DNA of 63,896 nt, filler included, from Octopus bimaculoides (Eukaryota): NCBI RefSeq assembly GCF_001194135.2. It is 5 parts of 5 records of this genome, joined end to end, with 100 filler letters (N's around TTAATTAATTAA, not from the genome) between each part and the next. Parts side by side here need not be neighbours in the genome. Positions count along the whole stretch, not along the records: positions 1 to 30,057 come from NC_068986.1; 4 more parts are not named here. One strand, given 5' to 3'. The notes under the pieces were generated by a model, which worked only from the letters and a program-made list of their open reading frames with translations, searched no databases and was not told the DNA's origin. Position 1 is the first letter of the stretch; every line of letters starts with the position of its first letter. The position numbers and the translations under genes are program-made. Below, piece after piece: positions 12,191-24,268 of this stretch.

Positions 12191-13100
12191 TATATGTAGT
12201 GATTAATTTTCTCACACTGGTTTCATAACGTTATGCAGTAAGTTTGAAGATTTCTAACAGTTATGTTAATTGAACATGGATGCATTAATTTATTTAATGT
12301 ACATTTGTAAATATAGTGACTCAGGTAAAATAATATTTAGGAATTCCAAATTTACTCAGGTCATTGCTTATACTTTTCTACTCTAAGCACAAGGTCTGAA
12401 ATTTTGGTGGGAGGGGACCAGTTGATTAAATCGACCCCAGTACGCAACTGGTGCTTAATTCATTGACCCTCAAAGGATAACAGTCAAAGTCAACCTCGGT
12501 GCAATTTGAACTCAGAAAGTAAAGATAGACGAAATACCGCTTAGTTTCCGTTTGTCGGCCTAGGGAACTTGAACTCAAAACATAAACACAGACGAAATAC
12601 CGATTTCTTTATTACCCCAAAAAAGGCAATAAAAAGAGTTTTTTATAGGACATCACAAAACATAAAGACAGTACAAAACAGGCGAAATACCGCTAAGCAT
12701 TTCACCCGGCGTGCTACCGTTCCTGCCAGTTGACCGCCTTGAGGTCATTGTTTATGCACGCCACATATCTCACATTTTGAACATGGGAAGCCGAATATAG
12801 GACTAACCACTACACTTACGTAGGTTAAAAGAATGCTGAATGGATCATAATGACATCTGTTATCTTTTATCTGTTTCGGTCATTTGACTGCAGCCATGCT
12901 CGGGCACCGCCTTTGAAGGTTTTAGTAGAAACATTGACCCCCAGGATTAATTTTTTTAAGGCTAGTGCTTATTCTCTCAGCCTTTTAGCTCTACGTTAAG
13001 TTATGTGGACGTAAACACACCAACATTGGTTGTCAAGCAGTGGAAGGTTTCAAACAGAGACATAAAGACACTCACACACAAAAAACACCTATATATATGG

Positions 13101-13520
13101 AAATATTAATATTTCTAAGTCTCTCTAAAGGAGACTACGGCAGCGGTACTGGATATTAATAGATATCGCCAAGCTAACATGGCAGTCCAGGAAAATAGGA
13201 CGAACGCTACCGTTGATTAGCTCCAAGAGGCCATCACCTCTAGCTAGCTATGTGACACATGAACCTGTGTCCATTATAACCTTCGAACAGGGAAGGTCAG
13301 CAGCTTCCTCTTGCTGGTTCAACATCCACAGACTAGTTTCGGAGCATTTGCCCCTTTTCAATGTGGAGTAGCCGAACTCAGCAGGCGTCGCTGCTGACCG
13401 TCTGTTCGAAGGTTTATTTACCTATATTCAGTGGACTGCCATGTTAGCTTGGCGATAACTATTAATATCCAGTACCGCTGTCATATTCTCCTTTAGAGAG
13501 ATTTAGAAATATTTATATTT
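13101..13520. mobile_element. MITE with about 85-90 bp terminal inverted repeats and an internal inverted repeat
   Basis: AATATTAATATTTCTAAGTCTCTCTAAAGGAG..GCCAAGCTAACATGGCAGTCCA is mirrored at 13432-13520. Inner pair CCTTCGAACAG..GGTCAGCAGC / GCTGCTGACC..CTGTTCGAAGG. Confidence 0.8.
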
Positions 13521-14085
13521 ATATTTTTGAAGACCAATGGATGTATTCCACTGAACATTTCTTTTAGCCAAATTCCATGCCTATATCAGCTGAAATGTTG
13601 TTATAAATTCTAGTTGCTTTCTGGCACTGCTAACACTTTTAGCATAAATCTTCAGGTCGTCTACAAAGCAATTATGAGTTACATTGATAGTTCTAGCAGT
13701 TGAAGATCCGAGCGTGTAACCATTTGTTTTCTGCAGCAGGATCGATAATGGATTCAGTGTCAATATGAAAAGAACTACAGAAAAAGACTATCTCCCTGGA
13801 ATATTCCCTTTGAAATGCATGTACTATCAGAAACAATCATTTTGTTCTCAGTTTAAGGGTAAGAATTGTTGTCCATGTCTTTGTGAGTCTCTCTATAGCA
13901 GCAATTAAGGTAGTAGGTACCTTTGCCAGATGTAAGCACTTCAACAGCCATGAATGAGGGATAGAATCGAATGCCGTCTTATAGTCAAGCCATACTGTCA
14001 CAAAGTTTCTACGCTGTTTTCTTACTTCAGACAGTACAGCTTTGTTTATTAAAAGTTGTTCAACATATCGCCACACTCCCTATGT
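13521..14085 (-). mobile_element. Non-LTR RT remnant (RLE/Dong-R4-like)
   Basis: VWLDYKTAFDSIPHSWLLKCL and THNCFVDDLKIY, frameshifted. Confidence 0.85.
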
Positions 14086-14167
14086 ATGCATGTATGCATG
14101 TATGTATGTATGTATGTATGTATGTATGTATGTATGTATGCACGTATGTATTATGTATGCATATTTG

Positions 14168-14199
<32 letters not shown>

Positions 14200-16499
14200 A
14201 ATAGATAATTACTTCTGATTTCGTTATTACGATATACACAAACACATACATACATACATACATACAGACAGACAGACAAATAGACAGACAGACAGAAAGA
14301 CAGATAAACTGACACACATCCATATGCACATACATACGCACACTCACACAGACACACACACACACACACACATACAAAAGTATTGTAATAATAAATACAG
14401 AAGTTCTAGTTGGTATTTTTTAACTGTATGGGAAGTCTGTTCCAGGAATTTTGAGACTTTTCCAAAAGAGACATCTGCAAATGAATCAGTTAAATGCACA
14501 TAAATGCTCCATCAAAGAACATTAAAACACCTATGCAGCAGAAACACGTGTCGGATTGGAATTTAATGAGAATAATTACTGTAGTAAACAAATTTTTAAG
14601 ATATATCATTCTCCATTCTTCTTTATGGTGTCTTCATTATATACTCTATAAGCTGTATGATATCCACTGAAGCGAACACAGGAGATACTTATCGAGTGAA
14701 GTAACGTGGAATCGTTTATGTTCACAATTCTGTACATTCTCTATCGTCCGATGCTGTTAACCAGATTTGGATTACACCAAATTATACAAGAATGCTAATA
14801 AGGTATCCAAGAGTCGCCAGGTTCCAATACTCGCTATTTCTTTACGTTACACACACAGAAATGTATGTGTGTGCATGTATGTATTTTTGCATATTTCATC
14901 CAACTACTTCAGCTTTTGAGTTTTGGTGTATATTTATTTATCCCTTCCCCCGAAAGATGAACAATTACCTCCCTTGTACCCAATAATAACGATCACCAAT
15001 TATCTTCCCTTAGATTTTTCTACTTTTTGAATCATTCATTCATAAACTTCTTCACTCACACAACATAGAGTAAAATCTTCATAAGAAAATACAAAATTAC
15101 AATAATTTCAATGTCATGATTAACGAAAGTGAAACCGGTTGACAAACACAATATTAAATAATATTTTAAAGTATATTAAAACTATGTAAAGTGTGCATTT
15201 TCCTACTTTTATGTTATATATTTATNNNNNNNNNNNNNNNNNNNNNNNNNNNNNNNNNNNNNNNNNNNNNNNNNNNNNNNNNNNNNNNNNNNNNNNNNNN
15301 NNNNNNNNNNNNNNNNNNNNNNNNNNNNNNNNNNNNNNNNNNNNNNNNNNNNTATATATACATACACTTGTGGTTTTTATGTAAACTTTTATATATGAAA
15401 ATAAGGTAGCATTAAACTAAAAGAATATCTTTCAATGAAGTAATAATTTCTCGATTTTAAACAGCCTAATGACAGCTGGGAACGCGAAACTTCGAAGTAA
15501 CTTTCAATGTTTTCCGTGTAAAATTTTATGTGTGTATGTGTGTATGGGGGAGTGTTTGCATGTGTGTATATGTGCCTCTGTATATGTGCGCATGGTTGTG
15601 TTTGATTGTGGTTTTACAGTTCAGAACAACAGCCACTTCAAAAAGACCTCTTCGGTTCCCGATCAACTATCGCTGGACTTTCAACAGCTTTATATATTTA
15701 TAGACCGCTTCAGATCAGAAATATCACAACACATTCTAAGCTTCTTCATGTGTTTAATACTTTTCAACAGTTACGTTGCGATTTGCCTGAAGAAATAAAT
15801 ACTTCTTGTAAATTCTGTTTTGAATATTTGAAAGCAGAATAGAATAAGCAAGTGAAAATTTAAGAAACTTTTCTGTAGATTAAGAAATTTAATTTAAAAG
15901 CTTTTGTACGCGGGTAAGCCTGAAAGCGATATAGTTTTTATTTTCTTTTTGACGTAGCCTTGTATTATTTGTCGACGCAGGTATTGAGTTCGACAACCTG
16001 CTATACGATGATAAGTATTAGTATGAAACTTAGGTAAGGCGGTGAGCGGGCAACATCCTTACCGCGTCGGGTAAAGTGCTTATAGCATCGGGCAAAATGA
16101 TTAGCCGTATTTCGTTTCTCTTTACGTTCTGAGTTCAAATTCTGCCAAGTTCGACCTAACTTTTCATCCTTTTGGGGTTGATAGTACTCGTTGAGCAATG
16201 GGGTTGATATAATCGACTTACACACTCCCAGAAAATACTGGCCTTGTGCCAAAATCTGAAATGAATATGAAGCCTTGACATTTGGTACGCAAGATTCTTG
16301 ATGTGAACTCGTGTGTTGAAACAAAGATTTTTGAGTCTCGGGTTTTGAGTCTCGGGAGAATCATTATGTCAATGATAAACACAGATGCTGGATTTATTTT
16401 ACCTTTCTTATTATCAATACACGCATTAACTAATCAATCATTTGATTAATTGTTCGGTCAATCTTATCAGCTAGGTTTGTCAACGTAGATTTCATCGCC

Positions 16500-16900
16500 A
16501 TTCACGACAGCATATGAAGCAGGCCCAGAGATGAGCAGAATGCGCGAATTGTAACGAAAGGTCTTGGGCAAATTTAGCTGATTACTTGATTGAGAGAAAT
16601 TAGTTGTTTTGTTCCGGCCAGGCTTCAGAAACTGTTGCCGAAAAGGGCGGTTTCGACAGTTCATGCAGCGTGATTGGTGGAATTTTGATGATTGTTGCAC
16701 TTTATGCTTGTCCCTGGGGGCCGGACTGTGAACATTAACATATGTGTCCAACAACGCTTCAGCACACTCTATCAGTGAAACCGTGTAGCCAAGTGCAAAG
16801 TTGAAGGACTTGATGAGCCGGAAGCGTTGACTCACACTGCCATCGGTCTAGACCTTGCACCGTTAGATTACCACTTTTTCGGAGCCATAGTTTATTTCCA
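16500..16900 (+). mobile_element. mariner transposase remnant
   Basis: Degenerate DEKW, WWD, HDNARPH (SNNASAHS) and DLAPLDYHFF motifs in the correct order. Confidence 0.7.
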
Positions 16901-16904
16901 ACAT

Positions 16905-17136
16905 TGTCAGCAGTTTACAGTCAAGATGTCATGAATCTGTGTAGACAGACAGATAAGAGCCGGATCACATTTTGTGATATCACTACATAACTGTAGTGGA
17001 TTCTTCTCATGTGAAAGCAGAGTTCCTAACCTGCAGGCATGTGGTAAGGGCTCTGTGTTTTCACAATCTCAGCAGATCTGTGTGTGGCCGAACTGACGGA
17101 GAGTCAACAATGTGGATGAGGTTGAAAACAAGTTCA
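16905..17136 (+). pseudogene. 5'-truncated, frameshifted copy of CBM14 coding exon 1
   Basis: 16905-17092 closely matches 19009-19198. It has a 2-nt deletion in ACAGACACAG, a TGA after CVWPN, no start codon, and a GTGAGA donor-like site at 17137. Confidence 0.85.
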
Positions 17137-18711
17137 GTGAGATTTTGTTTCTGAACCAGTTAAATGATATAAGTGTGGACTTCGAGATTCCGGTATCACT
17201 ATACTCTTTTACTCTTTTACTTGTTTCAGTCATTTGACTGCGGCCATGCTAGAGCACCGCCTTTAGTTGAGCAAATCGACCCCAGGACTTATTCTTTGGA
17301 AGCCTAGTACTTATTCTATCGGTCTCTTTTGCGGAACCGCGAAGTTACGGGGACGTAAACACACCAGCATCGGTTGTCAAGCGATGTTGGGGGGANNNNN
17401 NNNNNNNNNNNNNNNNNNNNNNNNNNNNNNNNNNNNNNNNNNNNNNNNNNNNNNNNNNNNNNNNNNNNNNNNNNNNNNNNNNNNNNNNNNNNNNNNNNNN
17501 NNNNNNNNNNNNNNNNNNNNNNNNNNNNNNNNNNNNNNNNNNNNNNNNNNNNNNNNNNNNNNNNNNNNNNNNNNNNNNNNNNNNNNNNNNNNNNNNNNNN
17601 NNNNNNNNNNNNNNNNNNNNNNNNNNNNNNNNNNNNNNNNNNNNNNNNNNNNNNNNNNNNNNNNNNNNNNNNNNNNNNNNNNNNNNNNNNNNNNNNNNNN
17701 NNNNNNNNNNNNNNNNNNNNNNNNNNNNNNNNNNNNNNNNNNNNNNNNNNNNNNNNNNNNNNNNNNNNNNNNNNNNNNNNNNNNNNNNNNNNNNNNNNNN
17801 NNNNNNNNNNNNACAGTTCACCTATTTGTTTCTGTGCATGTTTTAGGGCGTTCTCACAACAAATACCAGCTTTGATATGTAAAGTAGATTTTCAGGGTGT
17901 GCGGAATCAATAAAATCACACACAATATGCGCGTAAACGCATACGCGTGTATGTATGTATGTGTGTATGTATGTGTATGTGTGTATGCATATGTGTGTGC
18001 ATGTGTGTGTGAGTATTTGTATGCGTATGGTGTTACTTTTTCGCAAATACATAAGACAGGAAATTGCACATACATAAACTCGCGTATGTATGTATGTATG
18101 TATGTATGTGTGTATGTATGTGTGTGTGTTGGTGTGTATGTATGTATAAATGTATGTATGTACGTGTGTGTATGTGTATGTGTGTGTGTGTATTTTGAAT
18201 AGTTTGTTTATAACATATTGAATAGAAGCAAAACGTATGTTTGAAAGAAATGGGAAAATGTTTAAGACGGCGATGATGATTATCAAGAAATGACAGCGAC
18301 TGTTTCCGATGTCTTCTTTGTCATCATAATGTACAAGATGAAAAGCTGGGTGCGAGTATGAGTAGGGGAAGGAGAAAGAGGAGGGGGAGGAGGAGGAGGA
18401 GAAGAAGAAGAAGAAGAAGAGGAGGAGGAGGAGGAGGAGGAAGAAGAAGAAGAAGAAGAAGAAGAAGAAGAAGAAGAAGAAGAAGAAGACGCCGCCGCCG
18501 ATTACGATGACAACGAAGGGAATATCGAAGATGATGCCGACAATGACAGTGACGATTGAGAAGACGATGACGATGATGAAAAAGAAGGAAGAAGATGATG
18601 ACAACGATGACGTTGATGATGACGACAACGACGATAATGACTATGATGTTGATGACGAAATAGAAGACCGGGCGACAGACAGACAGACAGACAAACAAAA
18701 TAGCTACGTTG

Positions 18712-18880
18712 CTTAGCAAATGTTGTGGGTGGGTGTCCATTAGTTTAAAGAATGGGACCCAAATACTGAATCAATTAAAATGTAACCAGAGATATATTAC
18801 CCTGACCCTATACCTAAGCCTCACCTTTACCCTGTTGTCAGAGTATAAGTATATAAGAAACAGACTTGAAAGTGTCAGAG
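18712..18880 (+). promoter_or_regulatory. Proximal promoter of CBM14 gene 2
   Basis: TATATAAG at 18850-18857. Upstream blocks TTAGCAA, GGGTG..CCATT, TTAAAGAA, CTGAATCAATTAAA and GATATATTACCCTGACCCTATACCT align with 448-559. Confidence 0.7.
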
Positions 18881-18967
18881 TTACATTTACTCGGGTTATC
18901 GGTCCGTCATTGCAAAGCAATATCTCTCAATTGATCTTCGATTTCGTAACTGACAAACGTCACCACA

Positions 18968-19244
18968 ATGGAGTTTCGTGTTGCAGCCGTCATCCTCTTG
19001 ATCGCAGTGTCAGCAGTTTACAGTCAAGATGTCATGACTCTGTGTAGACAGACACAGATCAGAGCCGGATCACATTTTGTGAGATCACCACATAACTGCA
19101 GTGAATTCTTCGCATGTGAAAGCAGAGTTCCTAGCCTGCTGGCATGTGGTAAGGGCTCTGTCTTTTCACAATCTCAGCAGGTCTGTGTGTTGCCGAAAAG
19201 CCAATATGATGACTGTGGTCGTCAAGTTTATGGAGGCAGATTCG
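18968..19244 (+). CDS. CBM14 gene 2, coding exon 1: signal peptide + peritrophin-A domain 1
   Basis: MEFRVAAVILLIAVSAVYSQDVMTLC...GGRF, six Cys, 277 nt, GTAAGT donor at 19245; 64/92 aa identical to gene 1. Confidence 0.9.
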
Positions 19245-19272
19245 GTAAGTTTATTCATCAGTTTTCCACCGC

Positions 19273-19710
19273 CTCTTCTTCTTCTTCTTCTTCTTCTTCT
19301 TCTTCTTCTTCTTCTTCTTCTTTCTTCTTCTTCTTCTTCTTCTTCTTCTTCTTTCTTCTTCTTTCCTCTTCTTCTTCTTTCTTTTTCTTCTTTCTTCTTC
19401 TTCTTCTTCTTCTTCTTTCTTCTTCTTCTTCTTTCTTTTTCTTCTTTCTTCTTCTTCTTCTTCTTTCTTCTTCTTTCTTCTTTCTTCTTCTTCTTTCTTT
19501 TTCTTCTTTCTTCTTCTTCTTCTTCTTCTTCCACCTCCTCCTCCTCCTCCTCCTCCTTCTTCTTCTTCTTCTTCTTCTTCTTCCTTCTTCTTCTTCTTTC
19601 TTCTTCTTCTTTTTCTTTCTTCTTCTTCTTCTTTCTTCTTCTTCTTCTTCTTCTTCTTCTTCTTCTTCTTCTTCTTTCTTCTTCTTCTTCTTCTTCTTCT
19701 TCTTCTCTGC
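19273..19710 (+). repeat. Long (CTT)n/(CCT)n pyrimidine tract at the start of the gene 2 intron
   Basis: Read directly. Confidence 0.95.
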
Positions 19711-19819
19711 CTCACCACCACCACCACCGCCATCATCATCACCACCATCATTGATGCTGTTGTTGATGTTGCTGTTTTTGTGGTTGTAGTTGCTGGTGAT
19801 GGTAGTGTCTTGTTTCCGT

Positions 19820-20700
19820 TGACACTTTTTTGCTCTGGCAGATGTTATACCGACACTATACCCAAAAGAGCGAGCCATATCAAACGGTTAAAGGACCTTC
19901 GAGTCATCCCTTCTCCTTCAGCTTTCTAACACCCTCCTCTGAATCCTTGCTATTCCTAACAAGGCTGTTTTCTGCAAACAGCACCGTTCTGAGGCAATTC
20001 CTACCTTTTCTAGCCATGCTTACAAACTTTGACTAACTGCTTCCAGTGAGCCAAACACGATCGGTACCACTTCGGGTCCCACTTCGGGTCCCACTTCGGG
20101 TCCCACTTCGGGTCCCACTTCTAAGTGTCTGATTCTACAGAGTTTCCTGATTTCCCATTACAGCTCCTGCTATTTCCCCCCACTTTCACATTTTGCTTCT
20201 CACTTACTCTTTGTTCCCACGATGAAATGTTATCCACAAGAACTGCTTTCTTCATTCTACGACAACAATGTCAGGTTTTCAAAATGGATGGTCAAGTCAC
20301 ACAAGTTCTTATATTGTATATTGTTCGCTTTCAGCTACCACTTCTGGCTGGCGTTCATACAATTTCTCATTTCTTCTCATGTCATACTTATGACAGAGCT
20401 TCCAGGCAGCCAATCGGGTAAAGTTGTCTTGTACTCCTTTTGCGCGGGCATCTTACATTCACTAATAACGTGGATTATAGTTTCACCATTATTTTACCGC
20501 ACACCCAACAAAGAGGGGATGTCACTCACTCACTCACTCGTCAAGACTCAACTTGATATAATTCGGTATTAGTGCCTGATCTTAGGCTGCAAAGATAAGG
20601 GATTCAGTTCCAAAATTCAAGTCGGTTTTTCCTAATCCATTGCCAGATCTTATGTTCATCAACTGTTTCAATTGTCAGCTATTTCCTGCAAGAACTGACC
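19820..20700 (-). mobile_element. RLE-type (Dong/R4-like) LINE 3' part with a 12-bp tandem expansion
   Basis: TESLIFAA*DQAL, zinc-knuckle ETIIHVISECKM, KPDIVVV and VVPIVFGSL motifs; (CCACTTCGGGTC)x4.5 at 20067-20121. Confidence 0.8.
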
Positions 20701-20857
20701 ATATAGTATTATTACTGTCGAGTGAGCGTAGAATATTGAGTGAGAGAGCAGAATATTTGCTGTAGCCCATCTTTCTATACCAAGACAAAACAATGTACAT
20801 GATAACACTTCCAATCAGTTAAGATCAGAAGCCATGAGAGCCACTGCCTGTATTGCC

Positions 20858-20892
<35 letters not shown>

Positions 20893-20944
20893 ATTATTAT
20901 TATTATTATTTTATTATTATTATTATTATTATTATTTTATTTTT

Positions 20945-21525
20945 TAATTATTATTGGTGAGCTGGCAGAGAGCAACCTCCTGAGAATGTGGGCAGTTGAT
21001 GTCAACAAAATTTTATGAGTTTCGTAGATTATTAGTTTCCCAGGGACCTGGTCAACAAAGTTGTCGCTACCTGTCTTGATCATTCCCAGGGCACCTCCAA
21101 CAGGGAAAGTTTTAGTTTTCAATTGCCACGTCTTAGAAAAATCACTCTCAACGTCCTTGTATTTCGACAGTTTTTCAAATTCCTTTGCTGAAGGTAATAT
21201 CACATCAATTAACAGCCTTGTCTTTTTTTGTTTGTTTTATGTCTTTAGTGACGATGTCTGGTCCTTTATCATTAAGTACCTGTCTATATGTTACCTATAG
21301 GATGGTAACATTCTCTCACTCAGTGACTGGCTCTGGATGGTGTTCATACCAGTTCTTAGGGTGCAGAATACAATAGTTATGGCAAGTGTCCCAGTGCAAA
21401 TATTGGCCAACTCGATCTTGCCTGGTTTTATATTCTCTAGGGGCAAGGACTGGCCAACCTGTAACAATGTGGTTAATACTCTGAAGATTGCCTTTTGAGA
21501 GTCTACACTTTGTGTCTACCTCAGT
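20945..21525 (-). mobile_element. RLE-type (Dong/R4-like) LINE 3' fragment
   Basis: CRLSK..INHIVTGWPVLAPREYK..DRVGQYLHW, GPDIVTKD, EKLSKYKDVE, GGALGMIK; (AAT)n at the 3' end. Confidence 0.85.
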
Positions 21526-21630
21526 CTGTGTGAAATTATCTTGATTTATTATTATTGTTATTATTTTACTATTGTTGTTTTTGTTGTCGTCGCTGTTCTT
21601 GTTATTATTGTATTTTTATATACATACATA

Positions 21631-21795
21631 GACGTAGGAGTGGCTGTGTGGTAAGCAGCCTGCTTACCAACCACATGGTCCCGGGTTCAGTCCCACTGCG
21701 TGGCATCTTGGGCAGATGTCTTCTACTATAGCCTCGGGCCGACCAAAGCCTTGTGAGTGAATTTGGTAGACAGAAATTGAAAGAAACCCGTCGTA

Positions 21796-21839
<44 letters not shown>

Positions 21840-22065
21840 TATATATGTGTGTGTGTGTATGTGTTTGTGTGTCTGTGTTTGTACCCCCAACATCGCTTGA
21901 CAACCGATGCTGGTGTGTTTATGTCCCCGTAACTTAGCGGTTCGGCAAAAGAGACCGATAGAATATGTGCTAGACTTCCAAAGAATAAGTCCTGGGGTCG
22001 ATTTGCTCGACTAAAGGCGGTGCTCCAGCATGGCCAGAGTCAAAAGACTGAAACAAGTAAAAGAG
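21631..22065 (+). mobile_element. Near full-length tRNA-derived composite SINE with internal (TA)n/(TG)n
   Basis: GTAGGAGTGGCTGTGTGGTAAG head, GGGTTCAGTCCCAC B-box, AAACAAGTAAAAGAG tail; many relatives in the window. Confidence 0.85.
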
Positions 22066-22386
22066 ATACAATAGATTAGATTGTTAAAAAGATAAATTCG
22101 TAACATCGGGCTACAACAAGTAACCTTAGATGCCAAGAACCCTCTTGAATATCCTCGCGATCCCTGGCGAGCTGGCAGAATCGCTAACATATTGGACGAA
22201 ATGTTTAGCAGTATTTCACCCGTCGATGCGTTCTGAGCTCAAATTCCGCTGAAGTGGTCTTTTGCGTTTCATCCTTTCGGGGACGATAAATTAAGCCCCA
22301 ATTGAATACTGGTATCGATGTAATCGACTCATTCCTTCCCACGAATTTTCTGTCCTTCTGGCGAAATTTTAAGTCATCTTTATTAC

Positions 22387-22904
22387 TATTGAGTGAGGGA
22401 GTAGCGCATGTCATCAAAGTGACACTGGGCTACAATTATACGAAGCCCATTATACCCATCATGACTACCCGTCTGATAAAGGTACACCAGGCACATGCAT
22501 CACAACCATACGTACGCGACAGGGTGATCTCATATCAAGTAAAACAGCACATAACCTTGCAGGTGGGGCCGAATTTTCTTCAGGTCGAGTAGCCCATCCC
22601 ACGCAAAAGGTTCCTGAAACATAATCGTTTTCAGATTTTTTTGTTCGTCATCCTTAAAATATACCTTATTCAGGAACCTTTTGCGTAGGATGAGCTACTC
22701 GACCTGAAGAAAATTCTAACTGGGCCCCACCTGCAAGATCATGCGCTGTTTATTTTGATGTGAGATCACCACGTCGCGCACATATGGTTGTGATGCATGT
22801 GCCTGGTGTACCCTTATCAGACGAGTAGTCATGATGGGTATATTGGGCTTCGTATATTTTACCTCAGTGTCACTTTGATGACATGCACTGCCTCTCACTC
22901 AATA
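22387..22904. repeat. Head-to-head pair of the (AAT)n-tailed element forming a long inverted repeat
   Basis: Arms 22387-22618 and 22669-22904 with a 50-bp spacer. Confidence 0.85.
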
Positions 22905-22921
22905 ATAATAATAATAATAAT

Positions 22922-23117
22922 AATTCACTTAATTCGTATCTAAAGTGACAAAAAACCACAAAGCACAAGTTTTTATGACAAGCCATGTTTTATTGACAAC
23001 CGGGTTTACAAATAAAAGTACATTAGGAATTTCAGAATAAATTCAATATAACATGGTTTGTCATAAACACTTGTACTTTGTGGTTTTTTGTCGCTTTAGT
23101 TACAAATTAAGTTAATT
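22922..23117. mobile_element. 196-bp MITE-like foldback with 75-bp arms
   Basis: 22922-22996 is the imperfect reverse complement of 23043-23117. Confidence 0.8.
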
Positions 23118-23686
23118 AATTCAACAGGATACACTGTCTGCAAGTCGTTGGGTACAGCGTTTTATCCTCCATTTTCTAATTGCTATATATATATATATAT
23201 ATATNNNNNNNNNNNNNNNNNNNNNNNNNNNNNNNNNNNNNNNNNNNNNNNNNNNNNNNNNNNNNNNNNNNNNNNNNNNNNNNNNNNNNNNNNNNNNNNN
23301 NNNNNNNNNNNNNNNNNNNNNNNNNNNNNNNNNNNNNNNNNNNNNNNNNNNNNNNNNNNNNNNNNNNNNNNNNNNNNNNNNNNNNNNNNNNNNNNNNNNN
23401 NNNNNNNNNNNNNNNNNNNNNNNNNNNNNNNNNNNNNNNNNNNNNNNNNNNNNNNNNNNNNNNNNNNNNNNNNNNNNNNNNNNNNNNNNNNNNNNNNNNN
23501 NNNNNNNNNNNNNNNNNNNNNNNNNNNNNNNNNNNNNNNNNNNNNNNNNNNNNNNNNNNNNNNNNNNNNNNNNNNNNNNNNNNNNNNNNNNNNNNNNNNN
23601 NNNNNNNNNNNNNNNNNNNNNNNNNNNNNNNNNNNNNNNNNNNNNNNNNNNNNNNNNNNNNNNNNNNNNNNNNNNNNNNNNNNNNC

Positions 23687-24025
23687 ATAGGATCGTGGTT
23701 TCAATTCCCAGACCGGGCGTTGTGAGTGTTTATTGAGTGAAAGCACCTAAAGCTCCACGAGGCTCCGGCAGGGGCTGGTGGCGAACCCTACTGTACTCTT
23801 TCACCACAACTATTTCTCACTCTTTCTTCCTGTTTCTGTTGTGCCTGTAATTCAAAGAGTCAGCCTTGTCACACTGTGTCACGCTGAATATCCCCGAGAA
23901 CTACCTTAAGGGTACACGTGTCTGTGGAGTGCTCAGCCACTTGCACGTTAATTTCACGAGCAGGCTGTTCCATTGATCGGATCAACTGGAACCCTCGTCG
24001 TCGTAAGCGACAGAGTGCCAACAAC
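23687..24025 (+). mobile_element. tRNA-derived SINE (same family as 1068-1456); 5' end lost in a gap
   Basis: Direct similarity. Confidence 0.85.
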
Positions 24026-24088
24026 AATATAGAAGATAATTGATTTTAGGATTTTTATTGAACATTTTATGCAATTCTTTCATTTCAG

Positions 24089-24268
24089 AGGACCCCCTCT
24101 GTAACCAACGTCCATTTGGACTGGTACCAGACCCTGATGACTGCAATAGGTTCGTTCCTTGCTTCAATCGTACCTCATATCCTTCAATGGCGTGTCAACA
24201 GGGACTTCATTTTAACTTCAATGAGCAAAGATGTACCTCAATGGATAAAGCCAATTGTAGAAGACAAT
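24089..24268 (+). CDS. CBM14 gene 2, coding exon 2: peritrophin-A domain 2
   Basis: TTCTTTCATTTCAG acceptor and GTAAGT donor, 180 nt, phase 1-1. (E)DPLCNQRPFGLVPDPDDCNRFVPCFNRTSYPSMACQQGLHFNFNEQRCTSMDKANCRRQ; 33/60 aa identical to gene 1. Confidence 0.9.

Noticed and set aside
17843-19878. Long poly-E/K/R/F/S/L ORFs, and similar YI/CV/TH repeat ORFs across the window
   Set aside because: Translations of microsatellites or N gaps; no coding evidence.
20040-20220. Mucin-like TSGP repeat on the plus strand within the CBM14 gene 2 intron
   Set aside because: Tempting as a peritrophin linker exon, but it lies inside a minus-strand LINE, lacks splice support and has no counterpart in gene 1.
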